Source: Holosporales bacterium (GTDB lineage Bacteria > Pseudomonadota > Alphaproteobacteria > UBA3830 > JAIRMZ01). Taken from it: DNA of 49,542 nucleotides. The translations under genes were made by a program, and so were the position numbers. The DNA is taken from the NCBI GenBank assembly GCA_031266655.1, contig JAISAP010000059.1, positions 1 to 49,542 on the forward strand, given 5' to 3'. The notes below the pieces were generated by a model. That model saw nothing but the letters and a program-made list of their open reading frames with translations. It had not been told where the DNA came from and did not search any database. Position 1 is the stretch's first letter; every line of letters begins with the position of its first letter. This document shows, piece by piece, positions 1 through 9,794 of the stretch.

Positions 1-266
1 AAGGCAAACACCAGCTTCAGGACATGGACCGACTGCTCTCCGATCCCAGGAACCTCTCGGAGCCGCTCCCGCGAAGCCGCCAGCACTCCATTCACGGTCC
101 GAAACCGCGCAAGCAGAGCTTTAGCGAGCGGCTTGGTATCACACCTCGGACGAGACAAAAACAACAGCAGTTCCAGTAGCTCATAGGCAGGAATGTGCCT
201 GTCCGCCTCAAACCGAGCCCTTAGCCTCTCCCGATGACATAAATAATGCGGATCCTTCCCCACCAT
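1..266 (-). CDS. radC: RadC family protein, 5' part (runs off window start)
   Basis: Manual translation from ATG at 266 (AAGGAG upstream): MVGKDPHYLCHRERLRARF...YELLELLLFLSRPRCDTKPLAKALLARF...VPGIGE, the typical RadC N-terminus and HhH region. Not in the ORF track. Confidence 0.88.
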   Translation of the reverse strand, partial: MVGKDPHYLCHRERLRARFEADRHIPAYELLELLLFLSRPRCDTKPLAKALLARFRTVNGVLAASRERLREVPGIGEQSVHVLKLVFA

Positions 267-348
267 AACCAGCTCCTTGCTGCTCCGGCCGCACAGCGCA
301 ACGGTCCTCCTTTGTGCACCAAGAATGACACCTAGGAACACACCACCT

Positions 349-1728
349 CTAGGCGCGCTGCCAACGCGTACCGGTCTCTGTATCCTCCAGAATCACCCCC
401 TGCTGTAGGAGCTGGTCGCGAATCGCATCCGCGCGCGCAAAATCGTGCTTCTGACGCGCCTCCTCTCTCTCCTGGAGGAGCTGCTCAATGGTTTCTGCCG
501 CCCAGCCTTCCTGTGACGACCTCTGCAGCCATACCTCGGGAGGGCTCCCCAAAAAGCCCAAGATCTGTGCCTCTTGCCGCAGGGTTTCCTGGAGCTTGCG
601 CTTTTGCGCGGAGTCGGTCTCTTTGTAAACAGCCGCCGCCATCTCGTCTAGCAAGCTCAAAGCCTGCGCCGTGTTCAAATCCTCCTGGAGCGCCGTGAGT
701 ACCGCACCCTCCGCAGGCGGCTCCCTCTCTTCGAGCGACGGCAGGAACTCTCGCAGCGCTCCATACAGGCGGGTCATCCGTTGTTTGGATTGCTCCAGCC
801 CCGCGCGGGTCCAATCCAAGGGCTTGCGGTAATGCGTGGACAGGAGAAAATGGCGCACCACTTCGCCCTCAAAGTCCTGCAGCACAGCGTTCAGCGGCAA
901 AATGTTGCCCAACGATTTCGACATTTTCTGGCCCTCCATGAGCACAATGCCGTTATGCACCCACGTATGCGCCAGCAGCGCCCCCTCATTCACAGCACGA
1001 CTTTGCGCGATCTCGTTTTCATGGTGCGGGAACATCAAGTCCTGCCCGCCTCCATGAATGTCAAAGGTAGGTCCAAAATAATGCAAACACATGGCAGAGC
1101 ACTCTATGTGCCATCCGGGTCGACCACGCCCCCAAGGGCTCTCCCATCCCGGTAGATCCGGAGTGGAGGGCTTCCAGAGCACGAAATCCAGCGGATCCTC
1201 CTTGTACGGTGCGACCTCTACCCGGCTCCCCGCAAGCATGTCATCGAGCTTGCGACGCGATAAACAGCCGTACTGGGGGTCTTTCCGCACGCGAAAGAGA
1301 ACATGCCCCTCGTTGGCGTAGGCATACTCTTTCTGCTGCATCTCCAAGACCATCCGGATGATATCCGGCACATGATCCGTCGCATGCGGCTCAAAGGTGG
1401 GAGGGAGCACCCCGAGACGCTTCAAATCTTCGTGAAAGATGGTTTCGATCTCCTCCGTCAGCGTTTTAATCGAGAGCCCACGCTCGGCGGCACGCGCGTT
1501 TATTTTGTCATCAATGTCGGTAATATTGCGCACATAGACCACACGCGGATACTGCTGGGCTAACAGGCGATACAGCAGGTCGAACACCACAATGGGCCGC
1601 GCATTCCCCACATGCGGCCGGTCGTAAACCGTGGGACCGCAGACGTACATCCGCACCAAGGTCTCGTCTAAGGGGACGAACGGCTCGACCCGCTGATTCA
1701 AGGAGTTATACAAACGCACCACAGGCAA
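349..1728 (-). CDS. cysS: Cysteine--tRNA ligase
   Basis: MYVCGPTVYD, HVGN (HIGH-type), GRPGWHIECSAM, DIHGGGQDLMFPHHENE and KMSKS motifs. Confidence 0.98.
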   Translation of the reverse strand: MPVVRLYNSLNQRVEPFVPLDETLVRMYVCGPTVYDRPHVGNARPIVVFDLLYRLLAQQYPRVVYVRNITDIDDKINARAAERGLSIKTLTEEIETIFHEDLKRLGVLPPTFEPHATDHVPDIIRMVLEMQQKEYAYANEGHVLFRVRKDPQYGCLSRRKLDDMLAGSRVEVAPYKEDPLDFVLWKPSTPDLPGWESPWGRGRPGWHIECSAMCLHYFGPTFDIHGGGQDLMFPHHENEIAQSRAVNEGALLAHTWVHNGIVLMEGQKMSKSLGNILPLNAVLQDFEGEVVRHFLLSTHYRKPLDWTRAGLEQSKQRMTRLYGALREFLPSLEEREPPAEGAVLTALQEDLNTAQALSLLDEMAAAVYKETDSAQKRKLQETLRQEAQILGFLGSPPEVWLQRSSQEGWAAETIEQLLQEREEARQKHDFARADAIRDQLLQQGVILEDTETGTRWQRA

Positions 1729-1737
1729 GCCCCCTTT

Positions 1738-3084
1738 TTACCGCGCGAGCCTTTGTAGCATACGCTCGCGCCCCATCAAAGCCACCAACACCCACAGCTC
1801 CGGCCCGGTGTCCCTTCCTGTCAGGAGCAGCCGCAGAGGGTGAAACAACGCACGTCCCTTTCGGCCGGTTTTTTGACTCAGATCTTGGACAAACGCTTGC
1901 CAAGCGCTGACCTCTCCTATCGCCTCCGGCGCCCGCTGGGTGCAGAGCAGGCAAGCCTCTCGAAACGCAGGCTCCTCGTCCGCACCGGGAGGTAACAGCC
2001 CGTAACACACCCGCTGCCAATATCCCACATCCTGTAGGGTCTCGATATTGCCGCGGATGGCCTTCCAAAAATCGGCAGAAAACGGAAAATCACTAGGCGG
2101 TATGTCGGATGCTACAGACGCCACCGGCAGAATGGGCCAAAGGTGGCGATTCAACCGACGGAGATCGTCGGGATCAAATTGCGCCTCTGCCAGACTCATG
2201 TTCGATAACGCAAAGCCGGCTGCTAGGTCTTCCAGAGAAGCGTGGGGCGCCAACGCTTCGGAGGTGCCGAGCTTGGCGAGAAAACTGCAGAGCGCGAGCG
2301 GATGGATGCCCTCTTCCCGCAGGGACTGCAGGCTCATGCTACCTGTCCGTTTGGAAAGCTCTTCCCCCGAGCGCATCCGAAACAGCGGGTAATGGGCCCA
2401 GGACAAGGCAGAGGGAGCCTTCGGGTCCAGCGCCTCCAAGATTTGCAGCTGCACCGCCGTATTGGCCAAATGATCGGCTCCACGAATCACTTGCGTTATG
2501 CCCAGCTCCCAATCATCGACCACAGAAGCCAAGGTATACACCGGTACACCGTCGGCGCGGATCAATACCGGATCGCTCGCGTACGCTCCCTCAAAGACCT
2601 TCTTGCCGTAAATCCCATCGTTCCAGCACACGGGATTTTCGTGTAACCGAAAGCGCCAATGAGCGGGACGTCCCTGAGACTCTAACGCCCTGCGCTCGTC
2701 TTCCGAAAGCGCTAAAGCCCGACGGTTATAAATCGGCGGTTTCCCCTGCGTTTGAAGGGTTTTTCTCTGGAGCGCCAGTTCCTCAGGGGTTTCGTAGCAA
2801 GGATAGAGTCGGCCCGTAGCGCGGAGGCACTCCGCCGCTTGCGCGTACCGTTCTAGACGCTCTGATTGAAAGACAAGACGCTCCCAAGAGAGCCCCATCC
2901 AGGTCAGATCGGCCTTCAGGGCCTCTACAAAAGCAGCGTCGGACCTTGCGCGATCGGTATCATCGATGCGCAGCAGAAACTGCGCTCCGTATCGACGCGC
3001 ATACAAAGCATTGAGAAGGGCGGCGCGCGCATTACCCACATGCAACAACCCAGTCGGCGAAGGAGCAAAGCGGACCCAGCCCAT
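1738..3084 (-). CDS. gltX: Glutamate--tRNA ligase
   Basis: RFAPSPTGLLHVGNAR, LRIDDTD, IRGADH and LSKR motifs. Start placed at ATG 3084 because the longer ORF-track start lies inside tRNA-Leu. Confidence 0.95.
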   Translation of the reverse strand: MGWVRFAPSPTGLLHVGNARAALLNALYARRYGAQFLLRIDDTDRARSDAAFVEALKADLTWMGLSWERLVFQSERLERYAQAAECLRATGRLYPCYETPEELALQRKTLQTQGKPPIYNRRALALSEDERRALESQGRPAHWRFRLHENPVCWNDGIYGKKVFEGAYASDPVLIRADGVPVYTLASVVDDWELGITQVIRGADHLANTAVQLQILEALDPKAPSALSWAHYPLFRMRSGEELSKRTGSMSLQSLREEGIHPLALCSFLAKLGTSEALAPHASLEDLAAGFALSNMSLAEAQFDPDDLRRLNRHLWPILPVASVASDIPPSDFPFSADFWKAIRGNIETLQDVGYWQRVCYGLLPPGADEEPAFREACLLCTQRAPEAIGEVSAWQAFVQDLSQKTGRKGRALFHPLRLLLTGRDTGPELWVLVALMGRERMLQRLAR

Positions 3085-3096
3085 AGTCTCCTCGTT

Positions 3097-3182
3097 TGGT
3101 GCCCGTGGAGGGACTCGAACCCCCACAACTTTTCAGTTCGCAGATTTTAAGTCTACTGCGTCTACCATTCCGCCACACGGGC
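3097..3182 (-). tRNA. tRNA-Leu (anticodon TAA)
   Basis: Minus strand GCCCGTGTGGCGGAATGGTAGACGC-AGTAGA-CTTAAAA-TCTGC, long variable arm, GGTTCGAGTCC T-arm, encoded CCA. Confidence 0.96.
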
Positions 3183-3205
3183 CTGGGTGCACGCTATAGA
3201 GGGAG

Positions 3206-3460
3206 TTTTTCACAAGCAAGAGGGGAGAACCGGAGGGGAACCTGTGCACAACGGGACCCCCAGAAAAAGCCTGGGGATAACTCCGTTTTTGTCCACCGGT
3301 TGGAGCACCTGTGCAAAACCTTATCCCCAGGATGGGGATAACCTGTTGTTTTTTTGAGAACAAACAGAGAAGATGGGGAGGCATAAGGGGATAGATTGTG
3401 CACCAAGAGAGAAGTGCCCGTTCTTTGCGGTGTTTCTACCACTACTACTTTTTTTTAATA
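3206..3460. promoter_or_regulatory. Cluster of DnaA-box-like 9-mers plus trio-like/AT-rich tract (candidate oriC)
   Basis: TTATCCCCA on either strand at 3272, 3321 and 3333 (one mismatch to TTATCCACA). Weaker boxes at 3206, 3243, 3289, 3310 and 3396. Followed by CTACCACTACTAC and a T/A-rich run at ~3436-3461. Confidence 0.5.
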
Positions 3461-3904
3461 AGCTTTGCTTGTTACACGGCCCAAGCCCAGAATCCCACTC
3501 TTAACATCGCCAACAAAGTGCCCATCTCCATTGAAACGGCGAATACCCCACAGGCAAGACACGTGGGGTTTATGTTTCGACGCCTGGTTTCTCCGAAGCA
3601 CGGTATGCTCTTTGACTTCCAAACGACGCAGTCTGTGGTCATGTGGATGAAGAACACCTATGTGTCCCTGGATTTGCTCTTTATTTCCCAGAAGGGGGTC
3701 ATCACCCATATGATCCAGAAAGCGGAACCCCTGTCCACAAAGGCCTTACGGGGGAAAAAGCCCGTGCGCTTTGTGCTCGAGGTGCCAGCGGGTACCTGCG
3801 AAAAGTACGGGATTGTCGTTGGAGACACAGTATCGGGACTCCCCACAGAGTCGGCATCTCCTCAAAGGCGCGACACCAAACGGAAGCCGGCACCCAAAAA
3901 GTAA
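3398..3904 (+). CDS. DUF192 family exported protein (start uncertain)
   Basis: GFMFR, GMLFDF, MWMKNTYVSLDLLFI and VLEVPAG motifs typical of DUF192; hydrophobic N-terminus. Confidence 0.88.
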   Translation: MHQERSARSLRCFYHYYFFLISFACYTAQAQNPTLNIANKVPISIETANTPQARHVGFMFRRLVSPKHGMLFDFQTTQSVVMWMKNTYVSLDLLFISQKGVITHMIQKAEPLSTKALRGKKPVRFVLEVPAGTCEKYGIVVGDTVSGLPTESASPQRRDTKRKPAPKK

Positions 3905-3915
3905 GCCCCCTTCCC

Positions 3916-5032
3916 CTATGGGGATACGTCCTTTTTGCCAATGCGCGCACTCAGAGAGGCTCGTAAAAAGAGGTCGATATCTCCATCGAGCACGCTCTGC
4001 GCATTCCCTTTTTCCACGCCTGTACGCAGATCTTTGACGAGCTGATAAGGTTGCAGCACGTACGACCGAATTTGATGCCCCCATCCAATGTCGGATTTGC
4101 CAGCCGCTTGGTCTTCCGCGGCTTCTTCCCGCTTGCGCAGCTCTAACGCATAGAGACGCGCGCGGAGCACCTCCATGGCCATCGCACGATTGCGGTGCTG
4201 CGAGCGATCGGTTTGACATTGCACCACCACACCCGTGGGAAGATGTGTAATACGAATCGCACTCTCCGTTTTGTTGACATGTTGTCCTCCCGCCCCCGAA
4301 GCACGGTAGGTGTCAATACGCAGATCTTTCTCCTCAATGCTGATATGAATAGAGTCGTCGATGACGGGATAGACCCACACGGAGGCGAAACTGGTATGCC
4401 GCCGCGCATTGGCGTCAAACGGAGAAATGCGCACCAGTCGATGCACACCCGACTCCGTTTTGAGCCATCCGTAGGCGCGTAACCCTACGATCTTGAGGGT
4501 CGTGGATTTCACGCCCGCTTCTTCGCCCGCGCTCTCTTCGAGGGTTTCGGTGCGGTAGCGATGGGCTTCCGCCCAACGGGTATACAGCCGGACCAGCATG
4601 CATGCCCAATCTTGCGCTTCCGTCCCTCCCGCGCCCGCGTGAATCTCCAGGTAGCAGTCCTTGGCGTCCGCCTCACCCGACAGCAGACTCTCGAGGTGAT
4701 ACCGCTCTACACGTTGGGCCAAATCCTGCAGCAGAGTCTCCGCTTCTTGCAAAGAGGCGGCATCTCCTTCTTGTTCCGCCATATCCAGCAAAAGGCGGGC
4801 TTCTTCGAGCTCTTGCGTGTAAGCGTTGAAGTCCTGGAGAGCCGATTCAAGCAGAGCACGCTCCTGTGTGATTTTCTGAGCGCGCGCAGGATCCTCCCAC
4901 AGAGAGGGATCCGCTACCTCCTGCTCGAGGGTGTGCAGACGTTGAGAAGATGTCTCCCAGTCAAAGAAACCCCCGAACAAGCTGCAAACGCTCCTGAATG
5001 TGTGCTAGCAAGCGCTCTGTTTCTTCTCGCAT
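3916..5032 (-). CDS. prfB: Peptide chain release factor 2 with programmed +1 frameshift
   Basis: SPF and GGQ motifs. ATG at 5032 gives 23 codons (MREETERLLAHIQERLQLVRGFL) ending in CTT TGA C (4966-4960) with an SD-like GGGGG just upstream; the +1 frame continues DWETSSQRL. Confidence 0.96.
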
Positions 5033-5168
5033 GATCCCCCCTTGTCAACGGTGACAGCATACGCTGTGTCCCAGAGACAGAACAAGCACACCGCCCTCTG
5101 TAGGCGGAAGCGTTTCCTGTGCTATGCTTCGCACGTGCCTAGGGGCCTAAGAGGATGCAGCGAATATC

Positions 5169-6191
5169 GTGAACCGTCGTGAGGGATCTTTGACGAAGGG
5201 GCGAACATGCGCTCGATGGTACGTCCTAGCGGGCCTGCTCACCGGGTGTGCGGGCGAGCATCTGGCGCCTGTGGAGCTCAAAGTGGAAGAACCGCGGCTC
5301 GAAACCGTCGCGGAGACGCAGTCTTATACCGTACAACCAGGCGATACGATTGCCACAATCGCCGAAAAGCTAGGGGTGGCGCTCCGCAGCCTCATCGAGG
5401 AAAACCGCCTTTTACCGCCCTATGCCCTGGTGGAGGGGCAGACGCTTCTTTGCCCACAATCATGCCCGAAAAAGCCCGCTAGAGAGGGCGAGGAGGTCTC
5501 GGGCGCTGCGCCGGAGCCAGGGTGGCATAGCGATGTGCAGGTGGCGCCTCTGGAGCCTGCTTGGGCAGAGGAGGCCGAACCTTTAGCGACGCCCAAAGAG
5601 GCGCCGGTCGAGAAAACATTGGGAGAACGCCTGAAGGAAGCGCATTTAAGCGAGCCCCCTCCTCCTGCGCCCGTCCCCCGCAAAAAAGGGCCCCCTCCTG
5701 ATCTTCCGCAGAAGGGGGAGACGATCAAGCTAGAAGCGAAGGCCAAGAAACCGGCGCCTGCAGAGGCAGAGGACTTAGAAGAGCCAGAAAAACCGGAGAA
5801 AGCCGCCCCTGTCCCTGCTTCGCACGCTTCGCTTGCATGGCCCATCAAAGGCAAGATTCTAGCGTCTTTTGGCAGTGGAGAGAGTGCTGATGGGGTAGAA
5901 ATTAGTGGAAAAGCCGGAGATTCTGTTCTCTCAGCGGAGGATGGGCTTGTTGTTTATGCGGGAGCCAAGCTAAAGTCCTTCGGGAATCTGGTGTTGGTGA
6001 AACACGAGAACGGGCTCATGACGGCGTACGCGCACCTTGGGAAGATTGCCGTGAGCAAGGGAGACTACGTGGATCGTGGGCAGAAGATTGGGACCGTAGG
6101 CAAGACGGGGGATGTTTCCGAGCCGCAGTTGTACTTTGAGGTGCGGAAGAATAAAAAACCGGTGGACCCTTTGAGGTTTTTACCTAAGTAG
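5169..6191 (+). CDS. nlpD: LysM + M23 peptidase lipoprotein (NlpD-like)
   Basis: Lipobox LLTGC, LysM (YTVQPGDT), Pro/Glu-rich linker, C-terminal M23 domain (WPIKG...GNLVLVKH...YAHL...LYFEVRK). Confidence 0.88.
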   Translation: MNRREGSLTKGRTCARWYVLAGLLTGCAGEHLAPVELKVEEPRLETVAETQSYTVQPGDTIATIAEKLGVALRSLIEENRLLPPYALVEGQTLLCPQSCPKKPAREGEEVSGAAPEPGWHSDVQVAPLEPAWAEEAEPLATPKEAPVEKTLGERLKEAHLSEPPPPAPVPRKKGPPPDLPQKGETIKLEAKAKKPAPAEAEDLEEPEKPEKAAPVPASHASLAWPIKGKILASFGSGESADGVEISGKAGDSVLSAEDGLVVYAGAKLKSFGNLVLVKHENGLMTAYAHLGKIAVSKGDYVDRGQKIGTVGKTGDVSEPQLYFEVRKNKKPVDPLRFLPK

Positions 6192-6222
6192 GGGGAGCGG
6201 AAAGGAGCGTTATGAAGGAGGA

Positions 6223-6618
6223 ATGTCGATGGTACCTTTAGCCCACGCGGAGGAGCAGGCAGTGCCCAGAGGGGTAGACTGGATGGGCATGATTCCGCTC
6301 GTCCTCATTGTCGTCATTTTTTACTTCTTTCTCATTCGCCCTCAGCAAAAGAAAGAAAAGCAGAGACAATCGATGATTGCGGCGCTTGCGCGTGGAGATC
6401 GTGTGGTGACGACCGGAGGCCTGGTGGGCACCGTCTATCGCCTCTCGCAGGACGCAGATCTCGTGCTGGAACTGTCGGAAGGGGTGCTCGCGACAGTGCG
6501 CAGGAGTGCGATTGCGGAGGTCCTCGCGAGAATTCCCATGGAAGACGAACCGCAGGCGCGAGCAGGCAACACAGGAGCAGGAAAACGCGTTAAGAAATCA
6601 TCAAGCAGGAAAAAATAA
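6223..6618 (+). CDS. yajC: Preprotein translocase subunit YajC
   Basis: FYFFLIRPQQKK and GDRVVTTGGLVG; directly upstream of secD. Confidence 0.95.
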   Translation: MSMVPLAHAEEQAVPRGVDWMGMIPLVLIVVIFYFFLIRPQQKKEKQRQSMIAALARGDRVVTTGGLVGTVYRLSQDADLVLELSEGVLATVRRSAIAEVLARIPMEDEPQARAGNTGAGKRVKKSSSRKK

Positions 6619-6642
6619 AATGGCGGAGTAGCGGAGGTTCTC

Positions 6643-8205
6643 ATGACGATGCAGTCTCCTCGTTGGAAAGTGGTCCTGGTGTGGACCGTGTGCCTCTTTG
6701 GGGCGCTTTTTGCGCTTCCGAATGCGCTACCCGATCGCCTCTTGGAGGGGTTGCCTTCTTTCTTCCCCAAGGACCGTGTACGCCTGGGTTTGGACCTCAG
6801 CGGGGGCGCGCATCTCCTGCTGGAGGTGGATCTCTCCGCGGCGGATCAGGAATCTCTCAATCAGACCATAGAGGCGGTACGCGTTGCCCTGCGAAAAGGC
6901 AATATAGGGTACGTTTCCATGCCAACGGCTGTCCCCTCAGGGGAGGAGGCGCTGACCTTTTCGTTGCGAGATGGGACACAAGCGGGGCGCGCAAAAGCGT
7001 TGCTGAGCGCTCTTGATCCGAACCTCAAGGTCACTATCGAAGGAACGGTGGTGCGCATGGCACCCACGGAGATGGCGCTTGCTAAAAGACATATCGATGT
7101 CATCAACCGCTCCATTGAAGTCATTCGACGACGGATCGATGAAACGGGGACGCGAGAACCCGTCATCCAGGGCCAGGGGAAAAACCGTATTTTACTGCAA
7201 GTGCCGGGGGAGCAGGACCCTGTGCGCATTAAGGAGTTGCTGGGACGTACCGCCAAGCTGTCGTTCCGGCTGGTGGAGGAAGCGCAGAGCGGGAGTGGCA
7301 ACCAGCCGGGATGTGTTTCTCTCCCCCAAGGTGATGGGCAGGGGGAGCGTCTACGGGTACGGCGTTCGGCGATCATCGGCGGGGAGCATTTGGTGGATGC
7401 GCAGCCGGGATTCGATGAGTACAATCGGCCGCAGGTCTCTTTCCGCTTGAATACTACGGGGGCCAAGCGTTTTGGAGACGCGACGCGCGAGAATGTGCAT
7501 CGCCGGTTCGCCATTGTGCTCGATGATCGTATCATCAGCGCTCCCGTCATTAACGAGCCCATCCCCGGAGGATCGGGGCGCATTAGTGGGCAGTTTACGG
7601 CAGAGGAAGCACACGATTTGGCGTTACTCTTGCGCGCTGGAGCGCTCCCTGCGCCTCTCGTCGTCGTCGAGGAGCGTACCGTGGGCCCCGATCTTGGAGC
7701 GGACTCGATTAAAGCGGGTGTGTATGCCACGTTTATCGCCATCCTGCTGGTGGTCGGCTTTATGCTGCTGGCCTATTCTCTCTTTGGCCTCGTAGCGGAT
7801 ACAGCGGTGATTGTGAACCTGATTTTACTAGTGGCGGCGCTCTCTTGTCTGCGTGCGACCCTCACGCTTCCCGGCATTGCTGGGATTGCACTGACTATGG
7901 GCATGGCCGTGGATGCGAATGTCTTGATCAATGAACGCATCAAAGAAGAGCTGCGACGCGGAATGCGGCCGTTGGTTGCGGTCGAGCAAGGATACGATTT
8001 GGCGATGACGACGATTATCGATACGAACCTGAACACGCTGATTGGTATGGCGTTTCTTTACCATTTTGGAACGGGGCCCATTCGTGGTTTTGCGGTGACG
8101 ACGGCGCTAGGGGTGGTGATTTCCTTCTTTACCTCGACCACGCTGGCACGTTTGCTCACGTTCTGGTGGATGGGGAAGAAACGCCCGACAACCCTGCCTA
8201 TTTAG
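6643..8205 (+). CDS. secD: Protein translocase subunit SecD
   Basis: LGLDLSGG, LRAGALPAPL, VGPDLGADSI, TLTLPGIAG and GMAVDANVLINERIKEE. Confidence 0.97.
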   Translation: MTMQSPRWKVVLVWTVCLFGALFALPNALPDRLLEGLPSFFPKDRVRLGLDLSGGAHLLLEVDLSAADQESLNQTIEAVRVALRKGNIGYVSMPTAVPSGEEALTFSLRDGTQAGRAKALLSALDPNLKVTIEGTVVRMAPTEMALAKRHIDVINRSIEVIRRRIDETGTREPVIQGQGKNRILLQVPGEQDPVRIKELLGRTAKLSFRLVEEAQSGSGNQPGCVSLPQGDGQGERLRVRRSAIIGGEHLVDAQPGFDEYNRPQVSFRLNTTGAKRFGDATRENVHRRFAIVLDDRIISAPVINEPIPGGSGRISGQFTAEEAHDLALLLRAGALPAPLVVVEERTVGPDLGADSIKAGVYATFIAILLVVGFMLLAYSLFGLVADTAVIVNLILLVAALSCLRATLTLPGIAGIALTMGMAVDANVLINERIKEELRRGMRPLVAVEQGYDLAMTTIIDTNLNTLIGMAFLYHFGTGPIRGFAVTTALGVVISFFTSTTLARLLTFWWMGKKRPTTLPI

Positions 8206-8214
8206 GAGAAATGC

Positions 8215-9126
8215 ATGGGACTGCAGTTGATACCTCATGACACAAAGATCGATTTTGTAGGCAAGCGGTTTATCGCCTTCGCGATTTCGATCGCTTTGAC
8301 GATAGCGGCTCTTGGGACCTTTTTCCTTCGTGGCCTCAACTACGGCATCGATTTTGTGGGCGGATATGTGCTGGAGGTGCGCACGACAGAAAAAGCCGAC
8401 CTTACGGATATGCGCAAAAAGATTTCGGATCTGAATATTGGCGAGGTCTCGTTGCAGGAATTTGGCTCTGCCCAAGACGTGTTGATCCGGATCCCTTCTG
8501 CAGAGGGGAATGAGCAGACGCGTGCGGCTTCTTTAGCGCGTGTCAAGGAGGCGTTGGGGGCCTCCGTAGAGATCCGGCGTACCGAGACGATTGGACCGAA
8601 GGTAGGGAAGGAGCTGGTGGAAAACGCGATTTATGCAGTGGTGCTGTCTCTGCTCGCCATTTTAGCCTATATCTGGGCCCGATTTGAGTGGCCTTTTGCC
8701 ATCTGCGGCGTCATCGCGCTGGTGCATGACTGTATTATTCTTTTAGGTTTTTATTCTGCCTGTCATTTCCTAGAGTTTAATACCAATGCTGTGGTGTCCT
8801 TCCTCTTAACAGCCAGCTACTCGATTCACGACACCGTTGTGGTCTACGATCGTATTCGAGAGAATATGAAAAAGCTGAATGCGACAGCCTTTCCGGAGAT
8901 TGTGAATATGAGCATGAATGAGACGCTCTCACGCACGATTCTCACCACGGCCACCACCTTGCTAGCTCTTCTGGCCTTGTGTTTGTTCGGGGGCGAAGTG
9001 ATTTCCGAATTCAGCTTACCCTTGTTGGTGGGCTTTTCTTTCGGTTCGGTGTCCTCTGTCTGTCTTTCCTCTCCACTGCTCCTTTATACAAAAGCGGGCG
9101 TGAAAAGGCAGGAACCTGCGAAGTGA
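8215..9126 (+). CDS. secF: Protein translocase subunit SecF
   Basis: GLNYGIDFVGG, IGPKVGKEL, YSIHDTVVVYDRIREN and TLSRT. Confidence 0.97.
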   Translation: MGLQLIPHDTKIDFVGKRFIAFAISIALTIAALGTFFLRGLNYGIDFVGGYVLEVRTTEKADLTDMRKKISDLNIGEVSLQEFGSAQDVLIRIPSAEGNEQTRAASLARVKEALGASVEIRRTETIGPKVGKELVENAIYAVVLSLLAILAYIWARFEWPFAICGVIALVHDCIILLGFYSACHFLEFNTNAVVSFLLTASYSIHDTVVVYDRIRENMKKLNATAFPEIVNMSMNETLSRTILTTATTLLALLALCLFGGEVISEFSLPLLVGFSFGSVSSVCLSSPLLLYTKAGVKRQEPAK

Positions 9127-9794
9127 ACGCTGGCCGTCCGTTTATTGTTGCCATCGATGGGCCTGCTGGGAGCGGGAAAGGTACAGTGGCTACGGCTCTC
9201 GCTCAACGCCTCGATTTCGCGTATTTCGAAAGCGGCATTTTCTTTCGGGTGGTATCCTGGCGGGCGTTACAACTGGGAGTACGCCCAGAGCAAAACGCAG
9301 AGTTGGAGGCCCTTATCGCCTCCCCGTGGCTCCGAGAGCAGTGGCAGGTGCTGGATCGCACGCTCCTACGAGAAGAGCATATAGGCATGTTTTCCTCGGA
9401 AATTGGCAAGAATCCGGGGGTCCGCGCTCTCTTTATCTCCTTTGTCCACCAAGAGATTAGCAAGGAGACCGCAAAAGGCGTGATCCTCGACGGGCGCGAT
9501 ACAGGAAGCGCCGTTTTCCCAGATGCGGACTGCAAGATCTTTCTGACCGCCTCCTCCGAGGTGCGGGCACATCGTCGCTTTGATGAATTGCGCGCGCGAG
9601 GGAAAGAGGTGGTGTACGAAGAGATTTTTCAAGACTTGCACAAACGGGACGCTAACGACCGCAGCCGCCCTGTGGGGCCCTTGCAAATCGATGATACATA
9701 CTGTCCCCTGGACACATCGAATCTTTCGATTGCAGAAGCTATTAGCGCAGCAGAACGCATCGTCCGACAGAAATACCTGCATTCTGAGGGGTAG
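9123..9794 (+). CDS. cmk: Cytidylate kinase
   Basis: VAIDGPAGSGKGT, DGRDTG, VFPDADCKIFLTAS and RDANDRSR. Likely GTG start at 9123 overlapping the secF stop (GTGA). Confidence 0.95.
   Translation: MNAGRPFIVAIDGPAGSGKGTVATALAQRLDFAYFESGIFFRVVSWRALQLGVRPEQNAELEALIASPWLREQWQVLDRTLLREEHIGMFSSEIGKNPGVRALFISFVHQEISKETAKGVILDGRDTGSAVFPDADCKIFLTASSEVRAHRRFDELRARGKEVVYEEIFQDLHKRDANDRSRPVGPLQIDDTYCPLDTSNLSIAEAISAAERIVRQKYLHSEG

Noticed and set aside
3085-3126. ORF-track N-terminal extension of gltX
   Set aside because: It overlaps tRNA-Leu; ATG 3084 gives the normal GluRS start.
3916-5032. prfB as a pseudogene or truncated gene
   Set aside because: The break is the canonical programmed CTT-TGA-C frameshift.
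6861-7742. Long antisense ORFs (also 13619..14527 and 23368..24213)
   Set aside because: Shadows of well-supported genes on the opposite strand, with no motifs of their own.
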